Shown: piece by piece, positions 29,098 through 38,737 of the stretch
Layout: each line of letters starts with the position of its first letter
Position numbering within the stretch: the first letter of the stretch is position 1
DNA from: an uncultured Ruminococcus sp.
GTDB taxonomy: Bacteria > Bacillota > Clostridia > Oscillospirales > Acutalibacteraceae
Assembly (NCBI GenBank): GCA_902773635.1
Contig: CACYFH010000001.1
Coordinates: 2,154 to 66,153 of the forward strand
Length of the DNA: 64,000 nt
Direction of reading: 5' to 3'
Notes under the pieces: model-generated
Seen by the model: only the letters and a program-made list of their open reading frames with translations
Database searches by the model: none
What the model was told of the DNA's origin: nothing
Translations under genes and position numbers: made by a program

Positions 29098-30322
29098 TAA
29101 AATGCCGGAGGTGCTCTCCCCGGCGGGCGATCCGGAAAGTCTGAGAACCGCGCTGAGCTTTGGCGCCGACGCGGTCTATCTCGCGGGCAAGACCTTCGGC
29201 ATGCGGACGGCTTCCAAGAATTTTTCTCTTGAAGAATTAAAAGAAGCCTGTGAGCTGGCTCACGGCATGAAGAAGAAGGTTTACCTGACCTGCAATACCC
29301 TTCCGCGGAATGCCGATATCCCCTCGATGCCTGATTTCCTGACGGCGGCGGGGGAGTGCGGCGTAGACGCGTTCATCATCGCCGACCTCGGCGTGTTCGA
29401 GATGGCGAAGAGATATGCCCCGCAGGTGGAGCGCCACATCTCCACCCAAGGGGGGATCATCAACTATGAAGCCGCTCGCGCGTGGTATGATTTAGGCGCG
29501 AAGCGCGTCGTCCTGGCGCGTGAGACGCGGCTCGATGAGATCGCCGAGATGCGCCAAAAGATCCCGAAGGACTTGGAGATCGAGTGCTTCGTCCACGGCG
29601 CGATGTGCGTGTCCTTCTCGGGCAGATGCCTGATATCCTCCTTCATGACCGGCCGCGATGCCAACCGCGGCGACTGTGCCCAGCCCTGCCGCTGGAAGTA
29701 TCACCTGATGGAGGAGAACCGCGAGGGCGAGTTCTTCCCGGTTGAGGAGGAGAACGGCGGCACTTATCTCTATAACTCACGCGACCTGTGCATGATCGAG
29801 CACATCCCCGCTCTTGTGCAGGCGGGCGTCGACAGCCTGAAGATCGAGGGGAGAGCCAAGACCTATTATTACACCGCCGTGACGACCAATGCTTACCGCC
29901 ACGCCGTCGACGAATACCGCTCCAATCTCAGCAATCCCGACTACAAGGTGAGCCGCTGGATCGTTGATGAATTGGACAAGATCAGCCACCGCGCCTATTC
30001 CACCGGCTTCTTCTTCGGGAATGAACCCGGTCAGGAGACGGTGAACGGCGGCTACATCCGACATTATAACGCCGTTGCCGTCTGTGAAGAGGGCAGCAAC
30101 GTCAAGAACATCTGCGTGATCACCCAGAGGAACAAGTTCCTCGTCGGCGATACGCTGGATATCCTGCCGCCCGACGGCTACAGCTTCGAGACAAAATGCC
30201 TGCGCCTTGTCAACGAGGACGGCGAGGAAGTCCCCGCCGCACCGCATCCGATGCAGAGACTTTGGATGACAACGGATAAGCCGATCCCGAACGGCTCGGT
30301 TATCCGAAAGAAAAATATGTAA
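29090..30322 (+). CDS. U32 peptidase family protein (TrhP-like tRNA hydroxylation protein)
   Basis: EVLSPAG; GADAVY; HISTQ; FVHGAMCVSFSGRC; NRGDCAQPCR; LKIEGR; true start is ATG 29090. Confidence 0.9.
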   Translation: MVDKMPEVLSPAGDPESLRTALSFGADAVYLAGKTFGMRTASKNFSLEELKEACELAHGMKKKVYLTCNTLPRNADIPSMPDFLTAAGECGVDAFIIADLGVFEMAKRYAPQVERHISTQGGIINYEAARAWYDLGAKRVVLARETRLDEIAEMRQKIPKDLEIECFVHGAMCVSFSGRCLISSFMTGRDANRGDCAQPCRWKYHLMEENREGEFFPVEEENGGTYLYNSRDLCMIEHIPALVQAGVDSLKIEGRAKTYYYTAVTTNAYRHAVDEYRSNLSNPDYKVSRWIVDELDKISHRAYSTGFFFGNEPGQETVNGGYIRHYNAVAVCEEGSNVKNICVITQRNKFLVGDTLDILPPDGYSFETKCLRLVNEDGEEVPAAPHPMQRLWMTTDKPIPNGSVIRKKNM

Positions 30323-30331
30323 TCTATGTGG

Positions 30332-30403
30332 ATTAGGATTTAGGAATGAGGAAAAAAGCTTTTGACCATATAATTCCTAATTCCTAACTCCTAATTCCTA
30401 ATT
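30332..30403. repeat. Inverted heptamer tandem repeats (TAGGAAT-like x3 / ATTCCTA-like x4-5)
   Basis: ATTAGGATTTAGGAATGAGGAA ... TAATTCCTAATTCCTAACTCCTAATTCCTAATT between the U32 stop and the alaS RBS. Confidence 0.8.
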
Positions 30404-30424
30404 TACTGAAATGAGGTAATTACA

Positions 30425-33055
30425 ATGCAGTACATGGGTTTGAACGAACTCAGAGAAAAATTCCTTTCCTTCATGGAGAGCAAGGGGCACCTTCGCCTGC
30501 CGAGCTTCCCGCTCATTCCGAAGGACGATAACTCTCTTCTCCTGATCAACTCCGGTATGGCGCCGATGAAGAAGTACTTCACCGGTGAGGTCACTCCGCC
30601 CCGCAGCCGCGTGACCACCTGCCAGAAGTGCATCCGCACGCCCGATATCGAGCGCGTCGGCATCACCGCCCGCCACGGCACTTATTTTGAGATGCTCGGC
30701 AACTTCTCCTTCGGCGATTACTTCAAGCATGAGGCGACCGCGTGGGCGTGGGAATTCTTCACCAAGGTTCTGGAAATGCCCGAGGAACTGCTCTACTGCT
30801 CCGTCTTTGAGGACGACGACGCGGCTGTCGAGATCTGGACGAAGGAGGTCGGCGTCGACCCCTCTCATATCGTCCGTCTGGGCAGAGAGGACAACTTCTG
30901 GGAGCACGGCTCAGGTCCCTGCGGTCCCTGCTCCGAGATCTACTTCGACCGCGGTCCCGAGAAGGGATGCGGACGCCCCGACTGCCACGTCGGCTGTGAG
31001 TGCGACCGCTTTGTCGAGGTCTGGAACCTCGTTTTCTCTCAGTTCGAATCCGACGGCAAGGGTACATACACCGAGCTTGCCAAGAAGAATATCGACACCG
31101 GTATGGGTCTGGAGCGTCTCGCCTGTGTGATGCAGGGCGTGGACAACCTCTTCCTGGTCGATACCGTTCAGAATATCATGAAGCATATCTCACAGGTCGT
31201 CGGCGTGAAGTACGGCGAGGATGAGAAGAAGGATATTTCCCTGCGCGTTATCACCGACCATATCCGCTCCACCACCTTCATGATCGGCGACGGCGTTATG
31301 CCGTCCAACGAGGGCAGAGGCTACGTCCTGCGTCGTTTGCTCCGCAGAGCCGCACGTCACGGCAGACTCTTAGGCTATCACAAGCCCTTCCTGTATCAGA
31401 TCTGCGAGACCGTCATCAAGGAGAACGAGTCCGCTTATCCCGAGCTTGCTGAGAAGAAGGATTATATCGTCAAACTGATCAAGGTCGAGGAGGAGAACTT
31501 CGCCAAGACCATCGATCAGGGCATGAGCATGCTCGAGGATATCATCGAGCGCCATGAGGTCAGCGTCCTCAGCGGTGAGGATGCGTTCAAGCTCAACGAC
31601 ACCTTTGGTTTCCCGATCGATCTGACCCGCGAGATTTTGGCGGAGAAAGGCATCGAGGTCGACGTCGACCGCTTCCATGAGCTGATGCTGTTGCAGAAGC
31701 AACGCTCCCGCAAGGCGAGAAAGAACGCCGGCGCGGATGCTTGGCTGTCCGATTCCATCGACTTCTCCGACCTTTCCGCGACCGAGTTCATCGGCTATAC
31801 CGACTACAGCAGTGAGAGCAAGGTGCTCGCGATCGTCAAGGACGGCGAGCGTGTCGACCGCGCCCAGGAGGGCGACAGCGTCGTTATCGTGCTCGACCGC
31901 ACGCCCTTCTATGCGGAAAGCGGCGGTCAGGTCGCCGATACCGGTGAGCTGAAGGCTGGCGACTGTGAGATCGACGTCGACGACGTGAACAAGGACCCGG
32001 CGGGCGTTTACATGCACATGTGTGAGGTCTCCACCGGCACGCTTGCCGTCGGCGATACCGTAGAAGCGAAGATCGACGTTGACCGCAGAATGGATATCAT
32101 GCGCAACCACACCGCGGCTCACTTACTGCAGGCGGCGCTGCGCGAGGTGCTCGGCACTCATGTCCAGCAGGCGGGTCAGCTCGTCAACGAGGACGAGGTT
32201 CGTTTCGACTTCACCCATTTCTCCGCGCTCACTCCCGAGGAGCTGATCCGCGTGGAGAAGCTGGTCAATATGAAGATCCTTGAGGGCATCCCCGTCACCT
32301 GCACCGAAATGTCCATCGAGGACGCGAAGAAGAAGGGCGCGATGGCGCTGTTCGGCGAGAAATACGGCGACGTCGTCCGCGTTGTGGAGGCAGGCGAGTT
32401 CTCCAAGGAGTTCTGCGGCGGTACGCATGTGGATAACACCTCCAAGCTCGGTCTGTTCAAGATCAAGCAGGAGGGCTCCGTCGCGGCGGGCGTCCGCAGG
32501 ATCGAAGCCGTCACCGGCTACAACTTCCTGATGTACCTGAACAACGCGATCATGATGATCGGTCAGGCGGCGCAGACCCTGCACATCAACAATCCCTTTG
32601 AGCTTGTCCAGGGCGCGGCGCGCATGATGGAAAAGTATAAAGAGAACGAAAAGGAGCTCGAGAGACTGCGCGACGAGATGGCGAAGGATCAGACCGGCTC
32701 CATCCTCGAGAACTCCGAGAGAGTAGGGGACACCAAGATCGTCACCGCGATGTACAACGGCGCTGACGCCGACGCGCTCCGCAAGATGTGCGAGTACATC
32801 TATGATTCCGTCGACGACGCTGTCGCGGTGCTCGCTTCCACCAAGGGCGGCAAGCTCGTGTTCTCCTGCGTCTGCACCAAGAAGGCGATCGAGAAGGGTC
32901 TCAAGGCAGGCAACATCGTCCGCGAGGTCGCGAAGATCGCAGGCGGCAACGGCGGCGGCAAGCCCAATATCGCGATGGCAGGCGGTAAGGATATGACCAA
33001 GGCTGACGAAGCGCTCTATGCCTTAAAGGGCATTGTAGAAGCCGCTTTAGCGTAA
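30425..33055 (+). CDS. alaS: Alanine--tRNA ligase
   Basis: INSGMAPMK; RHGTYFEMLGNFSFGDYFK; DTGMGLER; HTAAH and CGGTH editing motifs; GGNGGGK. Confidence 0.98.
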   Translation: MQYMGLNELREKFLSFMESKGHLRLPSFPLIPKDDNSLLLINSGMAPMKKYFTGEVTPPRSRVTTCQKCIRTPDIERVGITARHGTYFEMLGNFSFGDYFKHEATAWAWEFFTKVLEMPEELLYCSVFEDDDAAVEIWTKEVGVDPSHIVRLGREDNFWEHGSGPCGPCSEIYFDRGPEKGCGRPDCHVGCECDRFVEVWNLVFSQFESDGKGTYTELAKKNIDTGMGLERLACVMQGVDNLFLVDTVQNIMKHISQVVGVKYGEDEKKDISLRVITDHIRSTTFMIGDGVMPSNEGRGYVLRRLLRRAARHGRLLGYHKPFLYQICETVIKENESAYPELAEKKDYIVKLIKVEEENFAKTIDQGMSMLEDIIERHEVSVLSGEDAFKLNDTFGFPIDLTREILAEKGIEVDVDRFHELMLLQKQRSRKARKNAGADAWLSDSIDFSDLSATEFIGYTDYSSESKVLAIVKDGERVDRAQEGDSVVIVLDRTPFYAESGGQVADTGELKAGDCEIDVDDVNKDPAGVYMHMCEVSTGTLAVGDTVEAKIDVDRRMDIMRNHTAAHLLQAALREVLGTHVQQAGQLVNEDEVRFDFTHFSALTPEELIRVEKLVNMKILEGIPVTCTEMSIEDAKKKGAMALFGEKYGDVVRVVEAGEFSKEFCGGTHVDNTSKLGLFKIKQEGSVAAGVRRIEAVTGYNFLMYLNNAIMMIGQAAQTLHINNPFELVQGAARMMEKYKENEKELERLRDEMAKDQTGSILENSERVGDTKIVTAMYNGADADALRKMCEYIYDSVDDAVAVLASTKGGKLVFSCVCTKKAIEKGLKAGNIVREVAKIAGGNGGGKPNIAMAGGKDMTKADEALYALKGIVEAALA

Positions 33056-33074
33056 ATCTATATAAAAAATCCAT

Positions 33075-33104
33075 GAGCCGCGGGAGCTTCCCGCGGCTCT
33101 TTCT
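33075..33104 (+). terminator. Intrinsic terminator after alaS
   Basis: GAGCCGCGGGA-gct-TCCCGCGGCTC-TTTCT. Confidence 0.75.
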
Positions 33105-33341
33105 GTTAATTATCCGACTTCCGATTTCTTGCTTTGAAGCCGCATTTTTATTAACAATTTGTTCATTTCCTTTTGACATGAATGACCAATAATCCACCCT
33201 CATTGTCGATAGCGTTTGTCATAACCTCTAAACCTGTTTTTATGTTGTTGACTTTTCAAAAAAACAGAGTAAAATATGCTCCAGACGTGAGAAACTTGAC
33301 GTTTTGAGCGTCGAAATTCTTTGAATACTATGGAGGTATTT

Positions 33342-33809
33342 ATGATGACTAAGAAGTTTTCCAAGCATGTAATGGCTATCCTTATGGTTATGATCATGGC
33401 TGTTTCTATGTTCGCTGCTACCGCTGTTGTAGCTTCCGCCGACGAGGTTGACACCATCCCCGCTGAGGGCGTTGAGGTTACCGAGGAGGTCATCGACGAG
33501 GAGGACGTTGCAGTTCCTTCCAACGACGGTGTTATCGCTCCTCAGGGCGAGGAAGCTCCCGTTGAGGAGACCGTCGCTGAGACGACTGCCGAGACCGTTG
33601 CCGAGACTCAGGCTGAGACCGTCGCTGAGACGACTGCCGAGACTACTGCTGAGACCGTTGCGGCTACCGTTGCTCCGACTGTCGCTCCCAAGACTGCGAA
33701 CACCCCCAAGACCGGCGACAACATGTGGCTGTTCATCGGTATCGGCATCGTTGTCGTTGCGATCATCGCGATCGTGATCACCGTTGTCGCGAAGAAGAAG
33801 GCTAAATAA
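33342..33809 (+). CDS. Small sortase-anchored, mucin-like (A/E/T/V-repeat) surface protein
   Basis: Signal peptide; (AETT/AETV)n; TPKTG sorting motif, TM segment and KKKAK tail; adjacent to a sortase. Confidence 0.85.
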   Translation: MMTKKFSKHVMAILMVMIMAVSMFAATAVVASADEVDTIPAEGVEVTEEVIDEEDVAVPSNDGVIAPQGEEAPVEETVAETTAETVAETQAETVAETTAETTAETVAATVAPTVAPKTANTPKTGDNMWLFIGIGIVVVAIIAIVITVVAKKKAK

Positions 33810-33880
33810 TTTAACCGAATACACATCTTTAACCGAAAGGCGGTGACGGGTTTTCCCGCCGCCGCTTTGTTTTTTGGATC

Positions 33881-34948
33881 ATGAAACATTCAAAACAGGA
33901 TTACTATTACGACGACCCCGACTATACGCAGAACTACGACGTCGATCAGCCCAAGCGCCGCGCGCCGCAGAACTACGACGTCAGTGAGGAGCGGTACTCT
34001 CAGCGCGTACAGCAGTACCCGCCGCAGAGACAGTACCCGCCTTATCCGCAGGAGTACAACGACAGGGGCTATGAGCAGGGCTATCGTCAGGGCTATGAGC
34101 AGGGTTATCAGCAGGCGTATTACCGCGATAGCAGGAACTACGGCGACAGCTATGACGATAACAGCCGCAATCAGCGCAGATATGACCGCGGCTATGACGA
34201 CGGCTATGACGACCGCCGCGGATATACAAAGAGAGCGCCGAAGAAGAAAACAAGCGGCGCGATCATCACCGTCCGCGTGATCGCGATCCTTCTCCTGATA
34301 GCAGGTCTGGGCATCGTCGGCTTCAAGCTGTATCAGTATTATGACGACAAAAAGGGTCATAACGAGCTGCAGGCGCTGTCCGCGGACTTCAACCAGCTTT
34401 ACAGCAGGAACAACGACTTCTACGGCTGGCTCAAGGTGGATGATACCGAGATCGACTACCCCGTGATGTATACGCCCTCCGACCCGGAGCATTATCTGCA
34501 CACGGATTTTGACGGCGACTACTCCGAGAGCGGCGAGCTGTTCATGGACGCGAACTGCGACCCGAACGGCTACCACGCGCTGATCTACGGTCACCACATG
34601 TTCAACGGCTCGATGTTCGGCAACCTTCCGAAGTACGGCGAGGAGGACTACTATCAGGCGCACCGCACCTTCCGCTTTGACACGATGAACGAGCGCGGCG
34701 AGTATGAGATCTTCGCGGTGTTCTACAGCCAGGTCTACGACGACAACGAGGACGTGTTCAAGTATTACTACTACGCGAACCTCAACGACGAGGCAACATA
34801 CAACAGCTACGTCGCCAACGTCAAGGCGCTGTCGATCTATGAGACCGGCATCTCTCCGATGTACGGCGAGAAGATCGTCACTCTCTCCACCTGTAATTAT
34901 CACACCAACGACGGCAGATTCGTCGTCTGCGGCAGGAAGATCAACTAA
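33881..34948 (+). CDS. srtB: Class B sortase with Tyr-rich low-complexity cytoplasmic N-terminus
   Basis: TM anchor; GWLKV..IDYPV; IYGHHM; TLSTC; GRFVV. Confidence 0.9.
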   Translation: MKHSKQDYYYDDPDYTQNYDVDQPKRRAPQNYDVSEERYSQRVQQYPPQRQYPPYPQEYNDRGYEQGYRQGYEQGYQQAYYRDSRNYGDSYDDNSRNQRRYDRGYDDGYDDRRGYTKRAPKKKTSGAIITVRVIAILLLIAGLGIVGFKLYQYYDDKKGHNELQALSADFNQLYSRNNDFYGWLKVDDTEIDYPVMYTPSDPEHYLHTDFDGDYSESGELFMDANCDPNGYHALIYGHHMFNGSMFGNLPKYGEEDYYQAHRTFRFDTMNERGEYEIFAVFYSQVYDDNEDVFKYYYYANLNDEATYNSYVANVKALSIYETGISPMYGEKIVTLSTCNYHTNDGRFVVCGRKIN

Positions 34949-35077
34949 AGAAAAAGGAGCTGCTTTTTGCGGCTCCTTTTTTGATGATCGGGAAGCCGAG
35001 GCTCTCTCCGCAGTCAAGCGCGCGTTCTCACACAAACAATAAACCCCCGAGTTTCCTCGGGGGTCAGTTGCTGTTGA

Positions 35078-35266
35078 TTAAACCGCTCTTGTTACCTTAC
35101 CTGAACGTAAGCAACGGGTGCAAGCGTGAACTCTCTGGGGAGTGCCGTCAACAATCGCCTTGACTCTCTGCACATTCGGCTTGAAAGTTCTGTTGGAACG
35201 TCTGTGTGAGTGAGAGACCTTGATGCCGAATTTAACATCCTTGCCGCAAAAATCACATTTTGCCAT
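35078..35266 (-). CDS. rpmB: 50S ribosomal protein L28
   Basis: AKCDFCGK..SHSHRRSNRTFKPNVQ..CTRCLRS. Confidence 0.97.
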   Translation of the reverse strand: MAKCDFCGKDVKFGIKVSHSHRRSNRTFKPNVQRVKAIVDGTPQRVHACTRCLRSGKVTRAV

Positions 35267-35451
35267 GCTTGTACACCTCCTTTGAAGAATAATACATGCG
35301 TTAACTCGTATATAATAGCAGAAAAAAGAGAAAAATGCAAGGGGTTTTTGAAAATTCTTTCAACTTTTTCAACTTGCTATTTCAGCGCTTTTATAGTATA
35401 CTATACTCTGTATTGATGTGTCAACATGATTTTTCTTTGAAAGGTGATCAC

Positions 35452-36165
35452 ATGCTACTCGATCTGATCCAAGGCAGACTGACCTTTACCGACGCTATCG
35501 TTGAGATCCTCGCGATACTGGTCATCATCTTCCTGGTACTGCCGTTTCATGAATGGGCGCACGCCTTCACGGCGTCCAAGCTCGGCGATACGTCCATCAA
35601 ATACCGCGGACGCCTGACGCTGAACCCGATGGCGCATATCGACCCGATCGGCGCGCTCTCGCTCCTGTTGGTCGGCTTCGGCTGGGCGAAGCCCGTCCCG
35701 ATTGATCCCAGGAACTTCAAGAGACCCAAGAGCGGTATGGCGATCGTCGCGCTGATGGGACCTGTCGCGAATATCGTCGCGGCGCTCGCGGGCGGCTTGA
35801 TCTTTCACGCGATCAACGCGTTCACGAATGGCTTCTTCCCGATGGTCGTGGACGGTCAGGCGTATTCGCTGAATGTCTTCGGCTACTACGTCTACCTTTT
35901 CCTGAGATACTATATCCATATCAACTGCGCGCTGGCAGTGTTCAATCTGCTTCCGCTTCCGCCTCTCGACGGCAGTAAGGTGCTCTTTGCCTTCCTGCCG
36001 GATCGGATCGTCGCGAAGTTTTATCAGTATCAGCAGATCATCTCCATCATCATGATCGTCCTGATCTTTTCGAGGATCCTCTCTATCCCGCTGAACTTCC
36101 TCACGGGCTTCGTTATCAATTTCGTCGACTGGCTGACGCATCTGCCGTTCTCCTTTGTCGGCTAA
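35452..36165 (+). CDS. Site-2 protease (M50) family protein
   Basis: HEWAH; GRLTLNP; GWAKPVP; FNLLPLPPLDG. Confidence 0.92.
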   Translation: MLLDLIQGRLTFTDAIVEILAILVIIFLVLPFHEWAHAFTASKLGDTSIKYRGRLTLNPMAHIDPIGALSLLLVGFGWAKPVPIDPRNFKRPKSGMAIVALMGPVANIVAALAGGLIFHAINAFTNGFFPMVVDGQAYSLNVFGYYVYLFLRYYIHINCALAVFNLLPLPPLDGSKVLFAFLPDRIVAKFYQYQQIISIIMIVLIFSRILSIPLNFLTGFVINFVDWLTHLPFSFVG

Positions 36166-36186
36166 ACTATCAACAGGAGTGAGCGT

Positions 36187-36972
36187 ATGGCTGAACAATT
36201 GAATAACCAGATCACCATACTGCCCTCCGATGCGTCCGGCACCACCCATATCGGGGAGCAGCTGACCTATCATCTTGAGGTGTATGACGGTCCTCTCGAC
36301 CTGCTCTTGACCCTTGTCATCAAGAATAAGATCGACATTTATGATATCAAGATCGCCGACCTGCTCGACCAGTACATGGAGCAGATCGAGCTGATGCGCG
36401 AGAATGAGATGGATATCGCCTCGGAGTTCCTTGAGATGGCGTCGCGTCTGGTCTACATCAAGTCCGCAATGCTCCTGCCGAAATATGAGGAGGAAGCCGA
36501 GGACTTGAAGAAGGAGCTGACCGGTCAGTTGATCGAGTATCAGCAGTGCCGCGCGATCGCGAAGATGCTCGCGCCGATGGTCGACTTCGACACCTTCACG
36601 AAAGTCCCTTCCAAGGTCGATTTCGACCTGACCTATAACCGCATCCATGATCCCTTTGATATTTCCAAGGCGTACGTCAGCGCCGTGGGACGCGGTCAAC
36701 GCCGTCTGCCGCCCGACCGCTCCGCCTTCGAGGGTATCGTGAGCCGCAAGATCGTCTCCGTCTCGTCGCGCATCATCCACGTCATGCGTCGGCTGTGGCA
36801 CGGACGCACGGTCACCTATAAAGAGTTATTTACCGCAAGCCATGAGAGAAGCGAGCTTGTCGCGACCTTCCTCGCGGTGTTGGAGCTTGTCAAGGGCAAG
36901 CGTGTGCGGATCGAGGGCGACGGCGATGACGCGATCGTCCACATGATTGAGAAAAAGGAGGGAACGCCGTGA
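36187..36972 (+). CDS. scpA: Segregation and condensation protein A
   Basis: YDGPLDLLLTL..KIDIYDI; FLAVLELVK. Confidence 0.93.
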   Translation: MAEQLNNQITILPSDASGTTHIGEQLTYHLEVYDGPLDLLLTLVIKNKIDIYDIKIADLLDQYMEQIELMRENEMDIASEFLEMASRLVYIKSAMLLPKYEEEAEDLKKELTGQLIEYQQCRAIAKMLAPMVDFDTFTKVPSKVDFDLTYNRIHDPFDISKAYVSAVGRGQRRLPPDRSAFEGIVSRKIVSVSSRIIHVMRRLWHGRTVTYKELFTASHERSELVATFLAVLELVKGKRVRIEGDGDDAIVHMIEKKEGTP

Positions 36973-37604
36973 CAGAAAAAGAATATCGTTCGGCAATCGA
37001 GGCAATACTTTTTTCAGCGGGCGATCCCGTTGATCTCGGCAGATTGTCAGAGGCGTTGGAGCTTCCCGAATCCGCCGTCAAGACCCAGCTCGACCTGCTC
37101 ATGGACGAGTACGCGCAGCTTGACAGGGGTATTACTGTCATCCGCCTGAACAACACCTATCAGATGGTATCCGTCAAAAAATATGCTCCTCAGGTGCGTA
37201 AGGCGATGGATCTGAGAAGGAACATCCCGCTCTCTCAGGCGGCGATGGAGGTGCTCGCCGTGATCGCCTACAACCAGCCCGTCACCAAGAGCTTTGTCGA
37301 GCAGGTTCGCGGCGTTGACTGCTCCGGCGTGATCGGCTCGCTGACCACCAAGGGTCTGATCGAGGAGAAGGGCAGACTGGAGCTGCCCGGACGTCCGCTC
37401 TTATACGGTACGACCGACCACTTCCTGCGCTGTTTCTCCATCAGCTCGCTGGACGAGCTGCCGCCTATCCCGAAGGATGAGGACAGGGGCGACAGAGGGC
37501 GTCAGCTGAGCATTTTTGAAGAGGAAAACAAGGATAAACCCGACGACGGCGAGGTCACCGGCACGGTGGATGAGATCGTCGCCGAAGCGGTAGAAGGGAA
37601 CTAG
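36969..37604 (+). CDS. scpB: Segregation and condensation protein B
   Basis: AIEAILF; LSQAAMEVLAVIAYNQPVT; GRPLLYGTT. Confidence 0.95.
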   Translation: MTEKEYRSAIEAILFSAGDPVDLGRLSEALELPESAVKTQLDLLMDEYAQLDRGITVIRLNNTYQMVSVKKYAPQVRKAMDLRRNIPLSQAAMEVLAVIAYNQPVTKSFVEQVRGVDCSGVIGSLTTKGLIEEKGRLELPGRPLLYGTTDHFLRCFSISSLDELPPIPKDEDRGDRGRQLSIFEEENKDKPDDGEVTGTVDEIVAEAVEGN

Positions 37605-37605
37605 C

Positions 37606-38238
37606 GTGATCGCGCTGTATATCCTTCTCGGGATCCTTCTGCTGCTGTTTCTGATCACGCTGATCAGGGTGCAGGTCTTTGCGACCTACACGGACGATCT
37701 GACCCTGACGCTGAAAATTCTCTTTTTCAAGATCCCGATCCTCCCGCAGACGGAGAAGCCGAAGAAGCCTGAGAAAGAGAAAAAGCCGAAGCAAGAGAAG
37801 CCGAAGCCCGAGAAGAAAGAAGAGGACAAGAAGGAAAAGAAGCCGTCCTTCCTGAGCAAGCTCAAGGATAAAAAGGGCGTGACGGGCGTCCTCTCGCTCT
37901 TTACCTCGATCGCGAAGATCGCCGGAGGCGCTTTGAAGGGCATCTTTTCCCATATCGTGATCAAGAAAATGGACGTCGGTATCGAGCTGACAGGCGAGGA
38001 CGCGGCGAGCGTTGCGGTCAACTACGGCCGCGTGTGCTCGGTGCTCTATCCCGCCGTCAATATCATCGCCGCGGCGACTGTCTGTGAGAATTACAACGTC
38101 GTTGTCGAGCCGGTGTTTGATCCGGACAGAGAGACCGCAGTCTATGCGGACGTTTATTTCTACCTGCGGATCATCTGGGTTCTTGCGGAAGCGATCAAGG
38201 CGGCTGTGAAGCTTTTGATCGTCCGCATCAAGTTATAA
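37606..38238 (+). CDS. DUF2953/YtfI-like membrane-anchored protein
   Basis: N-terminal TM; K/E/P-rich linker; DAASVAVNYG motif; located before ytfJ. Confidence 0.7.
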   Translation: MIALYILLGILLLLFLITLIRVQVFATYTDDLTLTLKILFFKIPILPQTEKPKKPEKEKKPKQEKPKPEKKEEDKKEKKPSFLSKLKDKKGVTGVLSLFTSIAKIAGGALKGIFSHIVIKKMDVGIELTGEDAASVAVNYGRVCSVLYPAVNIIAAATVCENYNVVVEPVFDPDRETAVYADVYFYLRIIWVLAEAIKAAVKLLIVRIKL

Positions 38239-38275
38239 ACAGCTATGTATACAACCTCAAAGGAGTTGAAGATAA

Positions 38276-38689
38276 ATGAGTGAACATCCTATCAACAGCT
38301 TGATGGATACCTCCATGAGAAAGATCAGGGAACTGATCGACGTGAATTCCATCATCGGCGATCCGATCACCACCCCCGACGGAACCACCATCATCCCCGT
38401 CTCCAAGGTGGCGTACGGCTTTGCGTCCGGCGGCTCCGATCTGCCCACCAAGAAGGAGAACCGCGACTGCTTCGGCGGCGGCTCCGGCGCGGGCGTTTCC
38501 ATCCAGCCGATCGGTTTCCTGAGCATCGCCAAGGGCAACGTAAGATTCATCCCGATCGAGAAGTACGACGGCGCGGCTGACCGCATCGTCGGCATGATCC
38601 CCGAGGCGTTCGACAAGATCTCCTCCTTCATCAAGAAGGACAAGCCCAACAAGTCCGATCTGGAGAACGATCTGGACAGCTTCGATTAA
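38276..38689 (+). CDS. ytfJ: Sporulation/germination protein YtfJ (GerW family)
   Basis: DVNSIIGDPI..IIPVSKVAYGFASGG; GGGSGAGVSIQP. Confidence 0.9.
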   Translation: MSEHPINSLMDTSMRKIRELIDVNSIIGDPITTPDGTTIIPVSKVAYGFASGGSDLPTKKENRDCFGGGSGAGVSIQPIGFLSIAKGNVRFIPIEKYDGAADRIVGMIPEAFDKISSFIKKDKPNKSDLENDLDSFD

Positions 38690-38696
38690 GAACCTC

Positions 38697-38725
38697 TCAT
38701 AATCTCCCGGCAAGCGTCATAAGCT
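38697..38725 (+). promoter_or_regulatory. Candidate SigE (mother-cell) promoter for dacB
   Basis: TCATAAT-14 nt-CATAAGCT; dacB is SigE-controlled in Bacillus subtilis. Confidence 0.5.
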
Positions 38726-38737
38726 TGTATGGGTGAT

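Noticed and set aside
33567-33662. Regular short repeats resembling a CRISPR or ncRNA array
   Set aside because: In-frame 12-bp coding repeats without unique spacers; no cas genes in the window
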